Both the position numbers and the translations under genes were made by a program. Positions 24,461 through 36,500 of a stretch of 64,000 nt of DNA are shown one piece after another. Each line of letters opens with the position of its first letter. Position 1 is the stretch's first letter. The notes beneath the pieces were generated by a model. The model had not been told where the DNA came from, ran no database searches, and saw nothing but the letters and a program-made list of their open reading frames with translations. Origin of the DNA: Callorhinchus milii (taxonomy: Eukaryota). The DNA lies in assembly GCF_018977255.1 (NCBI RefSeq), contig NW_024704743.1, positions 78,804,001-78,868,000 of the forward strand, given 5' to 3'.

Positions 24461-25199
24461 TAGTGTCCATTAGGCCACACTATGAGAGGATGGGTGCAGG
24501 TTGTGCTGCAGACAGATTTGAATCAGTTTCACTGGCATGTGGCATATTATATCCACCAATTGCAATGGGAGGTGAGAACAGTGAGAATGAGATTTTGAAG
24601 TTATAGTCAAATTGAGTTACCGCAGTGCATGTCTCATTAATAATACACCTCAAACCAGCATTAGCAACAGTGTGAACACCAGTGGGAGGAGAAGAAAAAA
24701 AAATTTAAAAAATAGGGCTTCAAACTGGAGTTTATTCTGGTTGGTTTAAAATCCAAGGATTGATCTGGCACAGTTTATTGAATGTCCAAGCCCTGTAAAA
24801 AATTGGCAAGTCATTGTAACAGATGGCACGGGCAGTCTGAGGTGCCGAGGAAAGGAATTTGCAACAGTGTTCAAAGGTCAAATAACCTGAAGGGAAGGAG
24901 AAAACAAAATGTACTCCACCTAAAGAGAAGCTGCCTCTACATGAACAGGGAACCGGGGCTCTTTAAATAGAAAATTGTATTGTGTAAACAGAGATCAGGT
25001 CATCACAAATAGGAAGTTGCTCTATATAAACAGGATCAACGGGTTAATGCCAACAGAAAGTTGCTCCCTATAAACAGGAAGATGGTCAAAATATGACAAA
25101 AGTTACAATGTGATGTAAGTTACAGGTAGTCCACAGAGCAGATAGATTAGTCCTGAGTATTTTAAACATGTGTGGTTAACTACAATATAACACTATGAA

Positions 25200-26300
25200 C
25201 TACTTTTGTTTGTTTGATGATAGATTAATCATAGAAGATTTAATATGGTGCATAATATATTTAGCATTCAGTTTGATATTTTCAAAACACATAGTGATAA
25301 AATAATTGCAGGTGTTAAATTAATCATTTAAAATTCAAATTGATAAATTCAAAATTGAATGATATACCTATTAATAATTGAAGATAATAAGTTAATGATT
25401 TAAGAATCAAGCTGTTAGAATTAAGATTTAATATGATTGTTTTGATATTCAAGATAACAGATTAATAATTGAAGATGTTAGATTAATAAATTAAGATATG
25501 TTAAGTGTGTGAGTTAATAAAACAGATTAATAATTTAACATTCAAAATGGCAGACTAAAGATTCAATACGATAAAATATTAGCTTCAATATCATGGATTA
25601 AAGATTTTAGATTCAATATCATGGATTAAAGATAGGAGATCATAAATTATTGATTTTAACATTCATCTGATTAATGATTTAAGATTAATTTAACAATTGA
25701 GATTATAAATTTAATATTTAATGTTTTAGATTCATAGTGATATATTATAGATAAAATATATTACATTAATGAATTGAGATACTGTACGGGTTTAAGATTC
25801 AATATGATTAAAGATTGAAGCTGGATTCATGATTTAAGATAGAAACTAAGTATTGATTTAATTAAATGTATTTAAGAGTAAATATGATAAGGTTAAGATT
25901 TAACATCAGAGAATAATGACCAAAGGTGATAAATGATTTGGCTGAAAATAATGTAACATTCACTATGATACATTTAGATTCAATATGATAGAATAATTAA
26001 TTAAGATGGAAAAAGAAGAATTTAATATTCAAAATGAAAGATATATGAATCAAGATCAATTTAATAAATCCAGATTGAATCTGATAGATTTGCGATTCAA
26101 TATATTTGGTCAGCCGGGTGTCTAACACATGTGGAACCCCATCCCCATGATTAAGAGTATCCAAACCAGAATGAAAGTTCCATTTATGCCATCTACATAT
26201 AAAAATTATTGAAAAGAATATATTAATGATTTAAGATTCAACGTCATGGATTTAAAATTCTATAGCCAAGATTTATGATTTGAGATTGAAGTCTTCATGA
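25200..26300. repeat. AT-rich degenerate minisatellite-like tract
   Basis: Recurrent (A)AGATT(C/T)AATATGAT and GATTTAAGAT motifs; the + strand is very C-poor. Confidence 0.6.
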
Positions 26301-26398
26301 CTCAGTAAATAATATTAGTTAGACAAAATTGCAACTTCAAGGATTGGTTAGTCTCTGACCACCAGTAAACTGACTGACCTTTGATTGTATGCACTTAG

Positions 26399-26945
26399 GT
26401 GTCAGCCTGATTCAGTTTGAAGGACATTCACCTCTGAGTCAGAATGTTGTCGGTTGAAACCCCACGTTGGGATTTGGAACCCATATAATCTGAGATGACG
26501 TTCCTATGCAGTACTGGTGTTGGGGGATAGCACGGTATTGTCAGAGGTGCCATTCTTCGGATGAGACATTAAATAAGGTCTCTCTTCTGCCTTATTTAAT
26601 GATAAGACATTAAATAAGGTGCACGTTAAAGATCCAGTGGCTTGAAAGCTGGAGGAACAGCTAGAACTGTTGTAAACTTTGTTTTAGAATGACAATGGGA
26701 TACATTAAAAAAGACAATAACTAACACAAAATTCAGTGTGCTTCGGCACCAGAAAATAGAGCTTCGGGCTCATTGTAAATTATTCAGGTACAAACAAGTT
26801 ACTCTTTCACTTCATTAACGTTTGTGGGACTTTGCTGTGTGCAAATTGGCTACACAGTCACTACACTTTACAATATATCCTGTGAAGCACTTTTGAGACA
26901 TCTGTCTGATGTGAAAGGCAATATAATGCAAGCATTATTATAGAA
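26399..26945 (+). mobile_element. Deu-domain SINE with internal insertion, decayed
   Basis: gtgtcagcctgattcagtt head; agaggtgccattcttcggatgagacattaaa core; tail at ~26820-26945. Confidence 0.65.
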
Positions 26946-27179
26946 TTGTTATTATCATACACTAGTTACAAATGCTCTTTAGGGTGCCTCTCTATAGCAC
27001 CAGGGCTAAAACTATTAATTCCCAACCCAAAGGTCCTGCTTTGTTGCATACATGTTTGCCTTCACACAGGCAAACGGTATCATTGCTGATCTCGCCACTA
27101 GATAGCGCTATAATACAATGGATACAGGACTCACAGGATTGCAGGTCTGCAAACTGAACAAACTGCAAGAGATCTGACA

Positions 27180-27820
27180 CTTCTCAATGAGGAGTCCACC
27201 TGCAGCAAGAGGTGGCAGTAGAGCACCGAGAGATGGAGAAGGTAGCTGGACCTTTGCCAATCTGTAGAAGCCAGCCTCCAATTGAAGCTCACTTTAAGAG
27301 GATCGAGCAGTGGAAAGCCTGAAACCCTGAGAAGAGTATAATCTGTCTGTATGTCCAGTGCCTGGAATCCACCTTGATTGGTTTGCAGACAGGTAAGTAG
27401 ATGCTGCTTAAGCCCTGCACCTCCAACTGGTGGAACCATCGCTCAATGGAAAGTGATGTGTGTCCGAGCTGTAGGCAGGAAGATTGTGGCAATGATTTTA
27501 CGCAATTCATGCTGAGCTGTATTGCCTACTAAGAAGCTTGCAGGGAGTTCATGGCTCAGCACCCCTCCCCCCAATCTATCTACAATTCACCTATTTAAGA
27601 GGAGCTGGGAGTGCAAAGGCCTATGCTCTGAGGCGGACCATAGCCAGTCTTCCGAGCAGCCCCCACCTGCTTTCCACTCTCCTGTCTCGTCGGCGGTGCC
27701 CGCCCACTTCTGGTCCAGCGGGCTGTTCGTTGGGGAGTCCTACATCCGCTTGGCTGATGGATCTCAGAGTCTGCACAGTGAGGAGGACAGGGGCAGCCCT
27801 CTGTGAAGCTGGCATGGAGC
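27180..27820 (+). mobile_element. Decayed non-LTR retrotransposon ORF2 C-terminus with a CCHC-type zinc knuckle (not CR1/L2-like)
   Basis: Frame through 27461-27529 reads CPSCRQEDCGNDFTQFMLSCIAY (C-x2-C...[H>Q]F.L.C.AY), interrupted by stops. Confidence 0.5.
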
Positions 27821-30039
27821 CTGCATCTGCACTCCCCCTCCCCCCACTAGAATATTTTCACCAACCGCATATGGTTTCTGATACCTGCCATCCACCTAGT
27901 GAGGATTCAAACCTGTGCATATCAGATGTCAAACGAACAACCAGTTCTCCTAGGAGAAGGTGGAGTGCAGGGGGAAGCAGGGTCTTCTTGGAGCTGAAGC
28001 AGATCCACTGGGGCAGGGACTCTTACAACTCAGCTACCATTAACCCCGCAAGCCAAAGTCCTAACAGGTAGGGTGGTCCTAGCTTGGCAAGCAGCGACAA
28101 AATTTGATAGACAGTGCTCTCAATAGCAAACTACTGATTTAGCTGGTTAGATTCCAGGAGTACCCCAACGAACACTCTGGGGTCGCGAAGCCTTGGCTCT
28201 TGCCAACCTGTGCCTAATACTTCCTGGAATTAGGTAAGCAGGATATGTCCCTCCAGGGAGAGAGTGCATATTTTGTCTCAATGAATATCTCTGGAATTTC
28301 CATGTGTAAGGTGGAAAGCATGGAATTCTCAGTTTGCTTTGAATACTCTTAAGAATGGTGATAGTGATGTCAGGTTGGATCCTTAATCTGTGCTGTATTA
28401 GCTGATCTCAGTTGGGAAAATAATAATAATAACCACAATAATTATTCATAATAATAATTAATGAACCAGGTGTGTCAGCCTGGTTCAGTTGATAGCACTC
28501 TCACCTCTGAGTAAGAAGATTGTGGATCCAAGCCCCATGTCGAGACTTAGGAACTCATATAGTGTAAACTGATACTCCAATGCAGTGCTGGGGGAGTGCT
28601 ACATTGCTGGAGATGCTGTCCTTCAGATGAGCCGTTGCGATGGTAGCATACTCTGCCGATTACTTTGTGGTGCCATTGAGTTCACCTCACACTGGGATGT
28701 CAGTGAATGAACTGGCTGTTTACAGGGCACTGGCAGCTGCAATCCTGGACCCAACTCCACGGGGTCACAGAAGTACAGCTTAGTGCAAAACGCCAAGCCA
28801 ACAGGTGCAAGCCCACCAGCCTCTTCTGTCCTATTACCAGAGAGCTATTATCACCAGACCCATATGAGGAGTTAGTTGGTGGAGGAGGAAGGTGACTACT
28901 TTGTCTTGGTTGATGTGACTTGGAACTCACTGACAATCTGGATTCAGAGCACCAACTTCATGCAAATGCAGTCTTTCCCCGTAATTTGTCATTGATGATT
29001 GAGCTATCCTCTGAGTGGGGTATTCCCACACAACCTCTGAGCCTCGAATCAGATTTCTGTGCCGTTATTCTACCCAAGTGACTTTTACATGAACTCATTA
29101 CCTCATTTTCTCAAACTCCTGCTGCTGTGCTCGTCTTGTAAATACGTTTCGTAACGGTGCAGACCTCATGCAATAAAAATAATAATCCTCCCATTTGATA
29201 TAGCAGCTTTTACCCAGACGGATATCTTAAAATGCTTTGCAGGATTCGCAGGACTGTAAAGTGTGGTGAGTGTGCATTTTGTAGACAAACCTGGCAGCCA
29301 ATTTACACACAGTCATGTTCCACAAACAGCCATGAAGTGAATAATAATAAATAATAATAATAATACTTGCATTTGATATGGCACCTTATCATGTCTTCGA
29401 GACATCTCAAAGCGCTTCACAGAATATAGTGTAAAGTGAATTGACTGTATATTTTGTAGTCGAAACACAATTTATCAGTTATCTGAAATGACAAGTTTTA
29501 TCTGGGGGATTGTTGGCCAGTGATTACAGAGTTGATGTGCATTTGTTATGATGACCTCTAGACTTTCCTATTGTATGTAAGAGATTAATTGTGTTTTGTT
29601 TTTAATGCTGCATATAAGGGAACTCTATCACCTCACAATCCAATTAGAGCCACAAACCAACGAGTGTATTGCTTGGGAGTGTTACCTGTAAACTATGCAA
29701 AGGTTCCATGTCAGTTAATGAACATATTTGCTGTAGCTTCTATGCTCTATAGTTTGATATGAGTTATTTTGGTTCAACTGCCGATTAGTTAGATTCTTCA
29801 CTCCAAGAGTTTCTCCATGTTCTGACTAACAATCTTCCAAATAAAATTGTTCACTCACTTCATGTTAGTCCACAAAAACATACAATAACTTTGCATTGTG
29901 TCCCGTGAATCACCTTAAGGCATCTCAACAACTTGATAAGACACTATATCAAATGCAACGATTATTATTCTGATTTTATGCAACATACAATACAAAATTA
30001 CATTTGTAAAGCGCCTTTCACATCAGGAGGGTCCACCTC

Positions 30040-30325
30040 CTCCCAAAGGATTGGGTTGTTATGGGCTTCAATCAGTTCAAAGCCTCCCATCAACTCTCCC
30101 AACCTCCATGTAGACGGAACTTTGCTGTGGCCTACTGGGTCGGACGCCACAGCATGTTCCCTCCAGACACCAAGGATACCCTCCTGGGTCAGTTGTAGAA
30201 TTCCGGACTTGTCCAACACTGGCAGAGGGGCCTCTCCGGCCGTTACAGACTTCAGCCGGTGGAAGAAAGATTTGGGATCGTTCGTGTGTAGTTGCACCCT
30301 CTTTTGGAATGACACAACCCATTGA
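30040..30325 (-). mobile_element. Non-LTR retrotransposon ORF2 fragment (endonuclease-RT linker region)
   Basis: NDPKSFFHRLK...LPVLDKSG...ILGVWREH...PILWEEV resembles the pre-RT tether region of LINE ORF2. Confidence 0.55.
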
Positions 30326-30385
30326 TCCCGCTTCATTTCTCTAATAACCGTCCTGGGTTTGTGCCGTGCTTGGTCGTAAGTTGCC

Positions 30386-30950
30386 ATAAGAGACTTATAA
30401 ACAAAATAGAAGCCCATGGTATTAAAGGGACTACGGCAACATGGATCCAGAACTGGCTAGGAGACAGAAAGCAGAGAGAGGTAGTAAACGGTTGCTTTTT
30501 GACTGGAGGGAGGTGTGTAGTGGTGTCCCTCAGGGGTTGGTATTGGGACCACTGCTCTTTCTGATTTATATTAATGATCTGGATATAGGGAGCACAATTT
30601 CCAAATTTGCAGACGATTTGCTAGGAAAAATAGTTGATGGTGAGGAGGATAGCACAGTGGTCCACATAAGCAAATCTCTGAAGGTGGCAGGACAGGTAGA
30701 TAAAGCTGTTAAAAAAGCATACGGGATACTAGGTTTTACAAATAGGGGCATAGAATTCAAAAGTCAGGAGGTTGTGTGGAATAATTATAAAATGTTGATT
30801 AGGCCTCAGTTGGAGTACTGCATTCAGTTCTGGGCATTGCACTTTAGGAAAGATGTTAGGGTGTTGGAGTGGGGGCAAAGGAGGTTTACCAGGAATGAAG
30901 CACTTTAGTTATGAGGAGGTTAGCGAAACTAGGATTATTCTCCCTAGATG
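30386..30950 (+). mobile_element. CR1 LINE RT fragment
   Basis: [55 protein letters not shown]. Confidence 0.9.
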
Positions 30951-31269
30951 CTTTCATGCATGAGTTGGTTTTCAGAGCAGAAAATTCATGAAATTTGCAC
31001 AAAGACGAATTGCTTCTTGGAACAACTGATTATTTATCTGTCAGTTGACTCAGTGCATGTGTGGTTTTGCGACAAAAACAAGTTTGGCAACGTGCATAAC
31101 TGGGTGGTGTGTCAGGGGCAATGCTCTTCTAACATGAGCGATGTTGTAATGCCAGACATTTCGGGTATCTGTGCATGGTCCCTTTCTCCAAAAATGTACG
31201 AACAATGATGGCTTTGTATCAAAGTCATCCTAATGACTTGGGTATGCTCTCCCACTCCTCCCACTTGCA

Positions 31270-32085
31270 GTAAAACTTCAACAAGACGGAAGCCACACTC
31301 TTTGTCTCCTGTTGACGTCTTCTGTTCTACGGTTCAGTCCTCCTCAACCTACCCGATCTGTCCTTAAAATTCTCTGAAACCGTGCGCAACTTAGGCGTCA
31401 GGTTCGATCCCCAGTTATCCTTCCTTCCACACATCTGGTCCCTGACCAGGACCGCTCTCCTCCGCTTTCACCACATTGCCTGTCTCCAACAATACTTCCC
31501 TCCAGAAGCTGCCGAAACCCTTGTCCACATCTTCGTCACCTCTTGGCTGGATTACTCAAATGGCCTCCTTGCTGGTCTCCCTCCTCCACTATTCCCCATG
31601 TTCAATTTATCCAAAACTCCGCCGCCCACATTCTTACCTGCACGATTCCTCTCGTCCTTGCCAAACTCCATTGGCTCCATGTCACAGAGAGGATCGACTT
31701 CAAGATCCTCACGTTAGTATTTAAATCCCTCCATGCTTTGGCACCTTCCCTATCTCTCCAGCCTCTTCACTCCTCACAGCACTATCCACTGCCTCCACCC
31801 TACTGGCTCTGCTCTCTTCCTTGTCCCTCGAATCCTCCACTCCACCATCGGTAGCCGTGCCTTCAGCCACTACACCCAGAAGCTATGGAACTCCCTCACT
31901 CAATCCCTCTGCCTTACCCCCTCTGTTCCCATTTTCAGGTTGCACGTGAAGACCTCCCACTTCGACTGTGCCTACGATCATCTTTCCCCTACCTGTGGTT
32001 TAGCATTGGGCTCCACCATTGTCAAACGCTCTGGGAAATCGCCCAATGTGGAGAGCGCTATATAAATGCAAGTTGTTGTTGTTGT
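31270..32085 (+). mobile_element. L2 LINE 3' fragment
   Basis: RNLGVRFDPQLSF, LHWL...RIDFKIL, RAFSHY..KLWNSL; (TTG)n tail. Confidence 0.85.
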
Positions 32086-32643
32086 GATTTGATAACAGCT
32101 GATGAATGGGAATGATTTGAAGGTGACCATTGCACATATATTAAAAGCAGGAAAGCTATAAATCACCAAGGCCAATGAGATTACAGACTGACATATTTGG
32201 CAAGGAGTAACTCCTTCCTTCTATAGCTAGATTTGAAGAACAATCAATAAATGTTTTCACATTAATTAAACATCCATTTCCATACAGGCTTTGTGTCCTT
32301 GACGGGTCTAGATAATTTGAACGGACTTCCAAACTTTTCCCTATATATTGGGTCCTACTCAAAGTAATAATAATAATAATCCTTGGATTATCACATCATT
32401 AAAATATTTCAAAGCACTTCACAGGATTTACTGTGAAATGTAGGGATTGTGTATTCTAGGCGAACGTAGCAGCCATGAAGTGAATGACCATTTATTCCAG
32501 GGGATTATTAACAATGACACAGGGAGAAACTTTCTTTCCTTGTTGAATAGTGCCATTGGATCTTTAAAATCTACTGAACGTCCTAGCATTCCTGCATTGA
32601 ACTCAAACCAGCATTGCCTCCCCTCTTCTCTCACCACAATTAT

Positions 32644-33590
32644 AACAACAACAAAATTACATTTGTATAGCGCCTTTCATGTTGGAAGGACATACCAAGG
32701 TGCTGGGGTGTCGGGATTGGGGTGGGTGGAGGGCAGCGCGGGAAGCAGGGAGATCGAAAGCACGGTTGAAGAGGAGGGTCTTGAGATAGGTCTTGAAGGA
32801 GGAAAGGGAGGGGGCGAAGCGGAGGGATTGTGGGATGGAGTTCCAGAGGGTGGGGGCAGAGTGACAGAAGGCCCACCCGCCAATGGTGGGGTAGGCGGGG
32901 CGGGGGGCAGAGGACATGAAGCAGGCCGGAGCCCGCTGAGCGGAGCATAACCCACATGAAACCCACCACCTGCTCCCTCGACTCCATCCCTACCCCTCTC
33001 CTTACCTCCCAGCTCCACCTCCTTGCCCCTCTACTCACAGACATCATCAACTGGTTCTCTCTCTGCAGTGGCACCATCCCCACTCCCTTAAAAACAGCCA
33101 TCATCATCCCCATCCTCAAAAAAACTTCTCTGGACTCAGCTCTGCTTTCCCACTACTCCCATCCCCCGATCTCCAACCTCCCTTTCCAAGGTCCTAGATC
33201 GAGTCGTTGCTTCCCCGCTTCACTCCTTCCTCTCCCGCCGCTCCGTCTACGAATGACATGTTGTTCATCTGTGTCAAGGGCTCCCTCTGTCTCCTCATCC
33301 TCCTTGACCACTCTGCTGCCTTTGACACTATTGACCACTCTACCCTCCTTCACTGCCTCTCACCTCAACCTTCACCTGGACTTGAATGGTCCAAATCCGA
33401 CCTCTCACACCATCTCCACTTTGTCTCCATAAACAGCTTATTTGCCAGCCCCCGCACAGTATCGTTCAGCGTTCCTCAGGACTCTGTCCTTGGTCCTCTC
33501 TTCTTCAACTTGTACATGTGACCATGCTTTGGGACCTCGTCCTGATGTGACATGTGCTATACAAGTGTAATTTGTTGTTTGTTGTTGTTA
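32644..33590. mobile_element. Adjacent L2 fragments in opposite orientation (32644-32945 on -, 32950-33590 on +)
   Basis: (CAA)n tail plus L2 3' end on -. KPTTCSLDSIPT...LLD.SAAFDTIDH...VPQDSVLGPL on +, with its own tail at ~33527-33589. Confidence 0.8.
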
Positions 33591-36500
33591 TCACACATGC
33601 ACTAATCTACAGTGCTTTTACATTTGGCTGCATTTTCATAGGAAGGGCACATTCTCAAGTGGCTGTTTGCCCTAGTCATGCCCTAGGGAGCAGTTGCTAG
33701 GGCTCAACATCTTGTTGTGACACTTAAGTGCTTGTTCCACCACAGTTTGCTAAGCTGACAGTCATTGGGGCAAACTGAAGCTGTTTCGAGTGTACTCTCT
33801 TCCAACGTCTGTGCAACACGTATACAATTTGAGGTATAGCTCAGATCAGGAGGTAGGGTCTAATTTCATGCCACAATCTGTGGTACCAGGCAAGGCAGTA
33901 GTGCTGTCACCATAATACTTACAAAGCCCACCTTTCTTCTGTCGGGAAGCTTGTTCAAATTTCCACTGAAACATCTGAATAAACACAGTCACCTGATGGC
34001 ACTGTGAACACTTACAGCCTGTACTAACTGTGTTGTGCTGTGCCAGAGTGGCAAACTTTAGAGTACACCCTTCTCTCTTTCCTTCTCTGCCCCCATGAGT
34101 TCCAGGCCATTGGAGAAAGTATCTAAGAGGGAGACGAGAACAATTGGAGCACAGGAATCCACACACGCTTTTTGTCACTGCTAGTGACCAAATCGATCAT
34201 TTCACATTCCCATCACTGTCAACCACCTGGTTACGTATGAATGGATGTTATTTTTCGTAATATATTTGAGCTTCCGAAAATAGCTAAGTTTTGCACGAGG
34301 TTAATATTTTGTTCGCCAGGTATTTTGGCAAGCTCTTTCTGAATCGTCTTATTAACCGTACCTGTTGCACCCATGATTACAGGAACTACATTTGTTTTAC
34401 CTTGCCACATAAGCCTGCATTCAATTTGTAGATCGATATATTACCTGATTCTAGTTCCTTATTTTTTACATTGCAATCACTTGGGATAGCCACATCAATA
34501 ATAATAATACACGTACACTTGATTTGATTCTTTATGATACTATCTGGTTTGTTATAGCTGATTGCCCTATTTGTATGTACTTGTGAGTTCCAGATTACTG
34601 TGATGTTGTTTCTCTATGTCACTTTTGCTGGTTAATTATTATTATTATTATTATTATTATCAAAGAATTTCTCTTGTTGTCCTGGCCAACAATCCTCCAG
34701 ATAAAATTTGTCATTACTTCATGGTTGTATGTGGGACATTGCTCTGCTCAAATTGGTTGCTGGGTTCGCCCACACAATATACAGCAAATCCTGTGGGGCA
34801 CTTCGAGATATTTCAATGACGTGATAGGGCACTGTATAAAATGCAAGGATTATTATTATCTGACAGCAGCCTATTGATGCACTGCAGCTAATGCTGGAGG
34901 GAGATGAAGACAAATTGTTCAGCTGGAACTGATTTGTATTTGTCATATTTTTGCAATTGTGCAATACGGTAAATAAAAACCTATTCAGAGAGTTTCTGGA
35001 GGAAGGGTGGAAATTGTTCCTAATTTCGAATCTTTATCTTTCTTTGGATGATTTACAACAAAACTGCTAAACATGTCAGAGGGAAGTAAAGGTCTAATCT
35101 CAAAAAGTGACAGAAAGTATCGTCCAATTCATATTGCAATGATAGTGCAGCTGACCACAGACAGGCTTCAGTGCTGTCATATAACAAAGTGTTGCTTGTG
35201 CCTCTGGGAATTGTTATCAGTGCTTGGGTGGATGGGATCAAGCTCATAATGGATCAGGCTTGGCTGTTAAGGGGAGGGGGAGTGGTCAGCAGGTGCCTGA
35301 TACATCACCATGCTTAAAAGAGTATCCAAACCAAACAGAGAGTTTCATATATGTATGCCACTACACATGGAAATTCCTATGTCTGGAATGGAATGCACAC
35401 TCTTTCCCTGGAGAAATGCATGCTGCTTACCATACTACTGGAGCTCAACCAGCTAAAACCATATAGCTTGCTATTGAGAGCACTGGCTGGCAAATTTCCC
35501 ACTGCTGGACCAGAGAGAATCACCTACCTGTTAAGGCTTTGCCTTGGCCTTGCCTTGGAGCCACTCAGTTAAATAGAACACCAACATCCACAACTCAAAC
35601 TCACACGTGGATAATAGCCACTAAGGCAAGGTACTGGAGGGTGGCTGCATCCACAGAAGAAAGGAAAATAGTCTTAAAATAATCTTCAGTGGAAGTGAGG
35701 GAGAAAATTGACATGGAAACAAATAAAATTCATGATAATATATTATACACGGTTATTAGATATCTCTCAAGGAATTTTAGACAGTATCCTATTCTTGGCT
35801 TCAGATAGTGACCACAAATTGTTCACGTGCGGTTCAGTTCTTGACGTCACCCATCTGGACCACACAAATGAATTACAACCTTTAATTCCCTCAGTAGCAT
35901 CAATTAACCTTGGACAGCAGAAACCCTCATTTTCCCACCTCCTGAAAGAAACTGAAAAGATATAAACAATCATAAAAGCATTCAGATTGTCAAAGATTGC
36001 TGCAAAAATAGATGTTAGGACAAATCTTAAACTCAATATGTCATTTTTGAAGTATGTTTTCTTTTCTTACATTTAATTATATTGAAGTGAAGGTCTTATC
36101 AATATAATAATAATAATAATAACAATAATAATAATCGTAACTATGAATTGCAATCCTGGACAGAATAGAGTGCCAGTATTTTGATTTTGTACAATTATAT
36201 AGCTTAAAGCTGCTGCCCCACATGACCCATATTTGCTGTAGTGTGAGTTTGAAATTCCATGCATTCTGAATTCAAAACACTTTGCATGTGTTTTTTTTAC
36301 AAAATATTGAATTTATGCAAAAATATTAAACTAGATTTTACAATACATTGTATGTTCCTTCACCCAATACAACAATGAGAATTGTTTGAAGTTTTATTCA
36401 TTTATCTGATTAAAATGCAGCTTTTGAAGTGTATAACATTAACTTTATCTTGTTTTGCCGATATAATTTTGAAAGAGAAAGAAACAAAGTCATCACTGAT

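Noticed and set aside
32644..33590. Twin-priming 5' inversion of a single L2
   Set aside because: Each fragment has its own 3' tail and the segments are far apart in the element, so two independent insertions is simpler.
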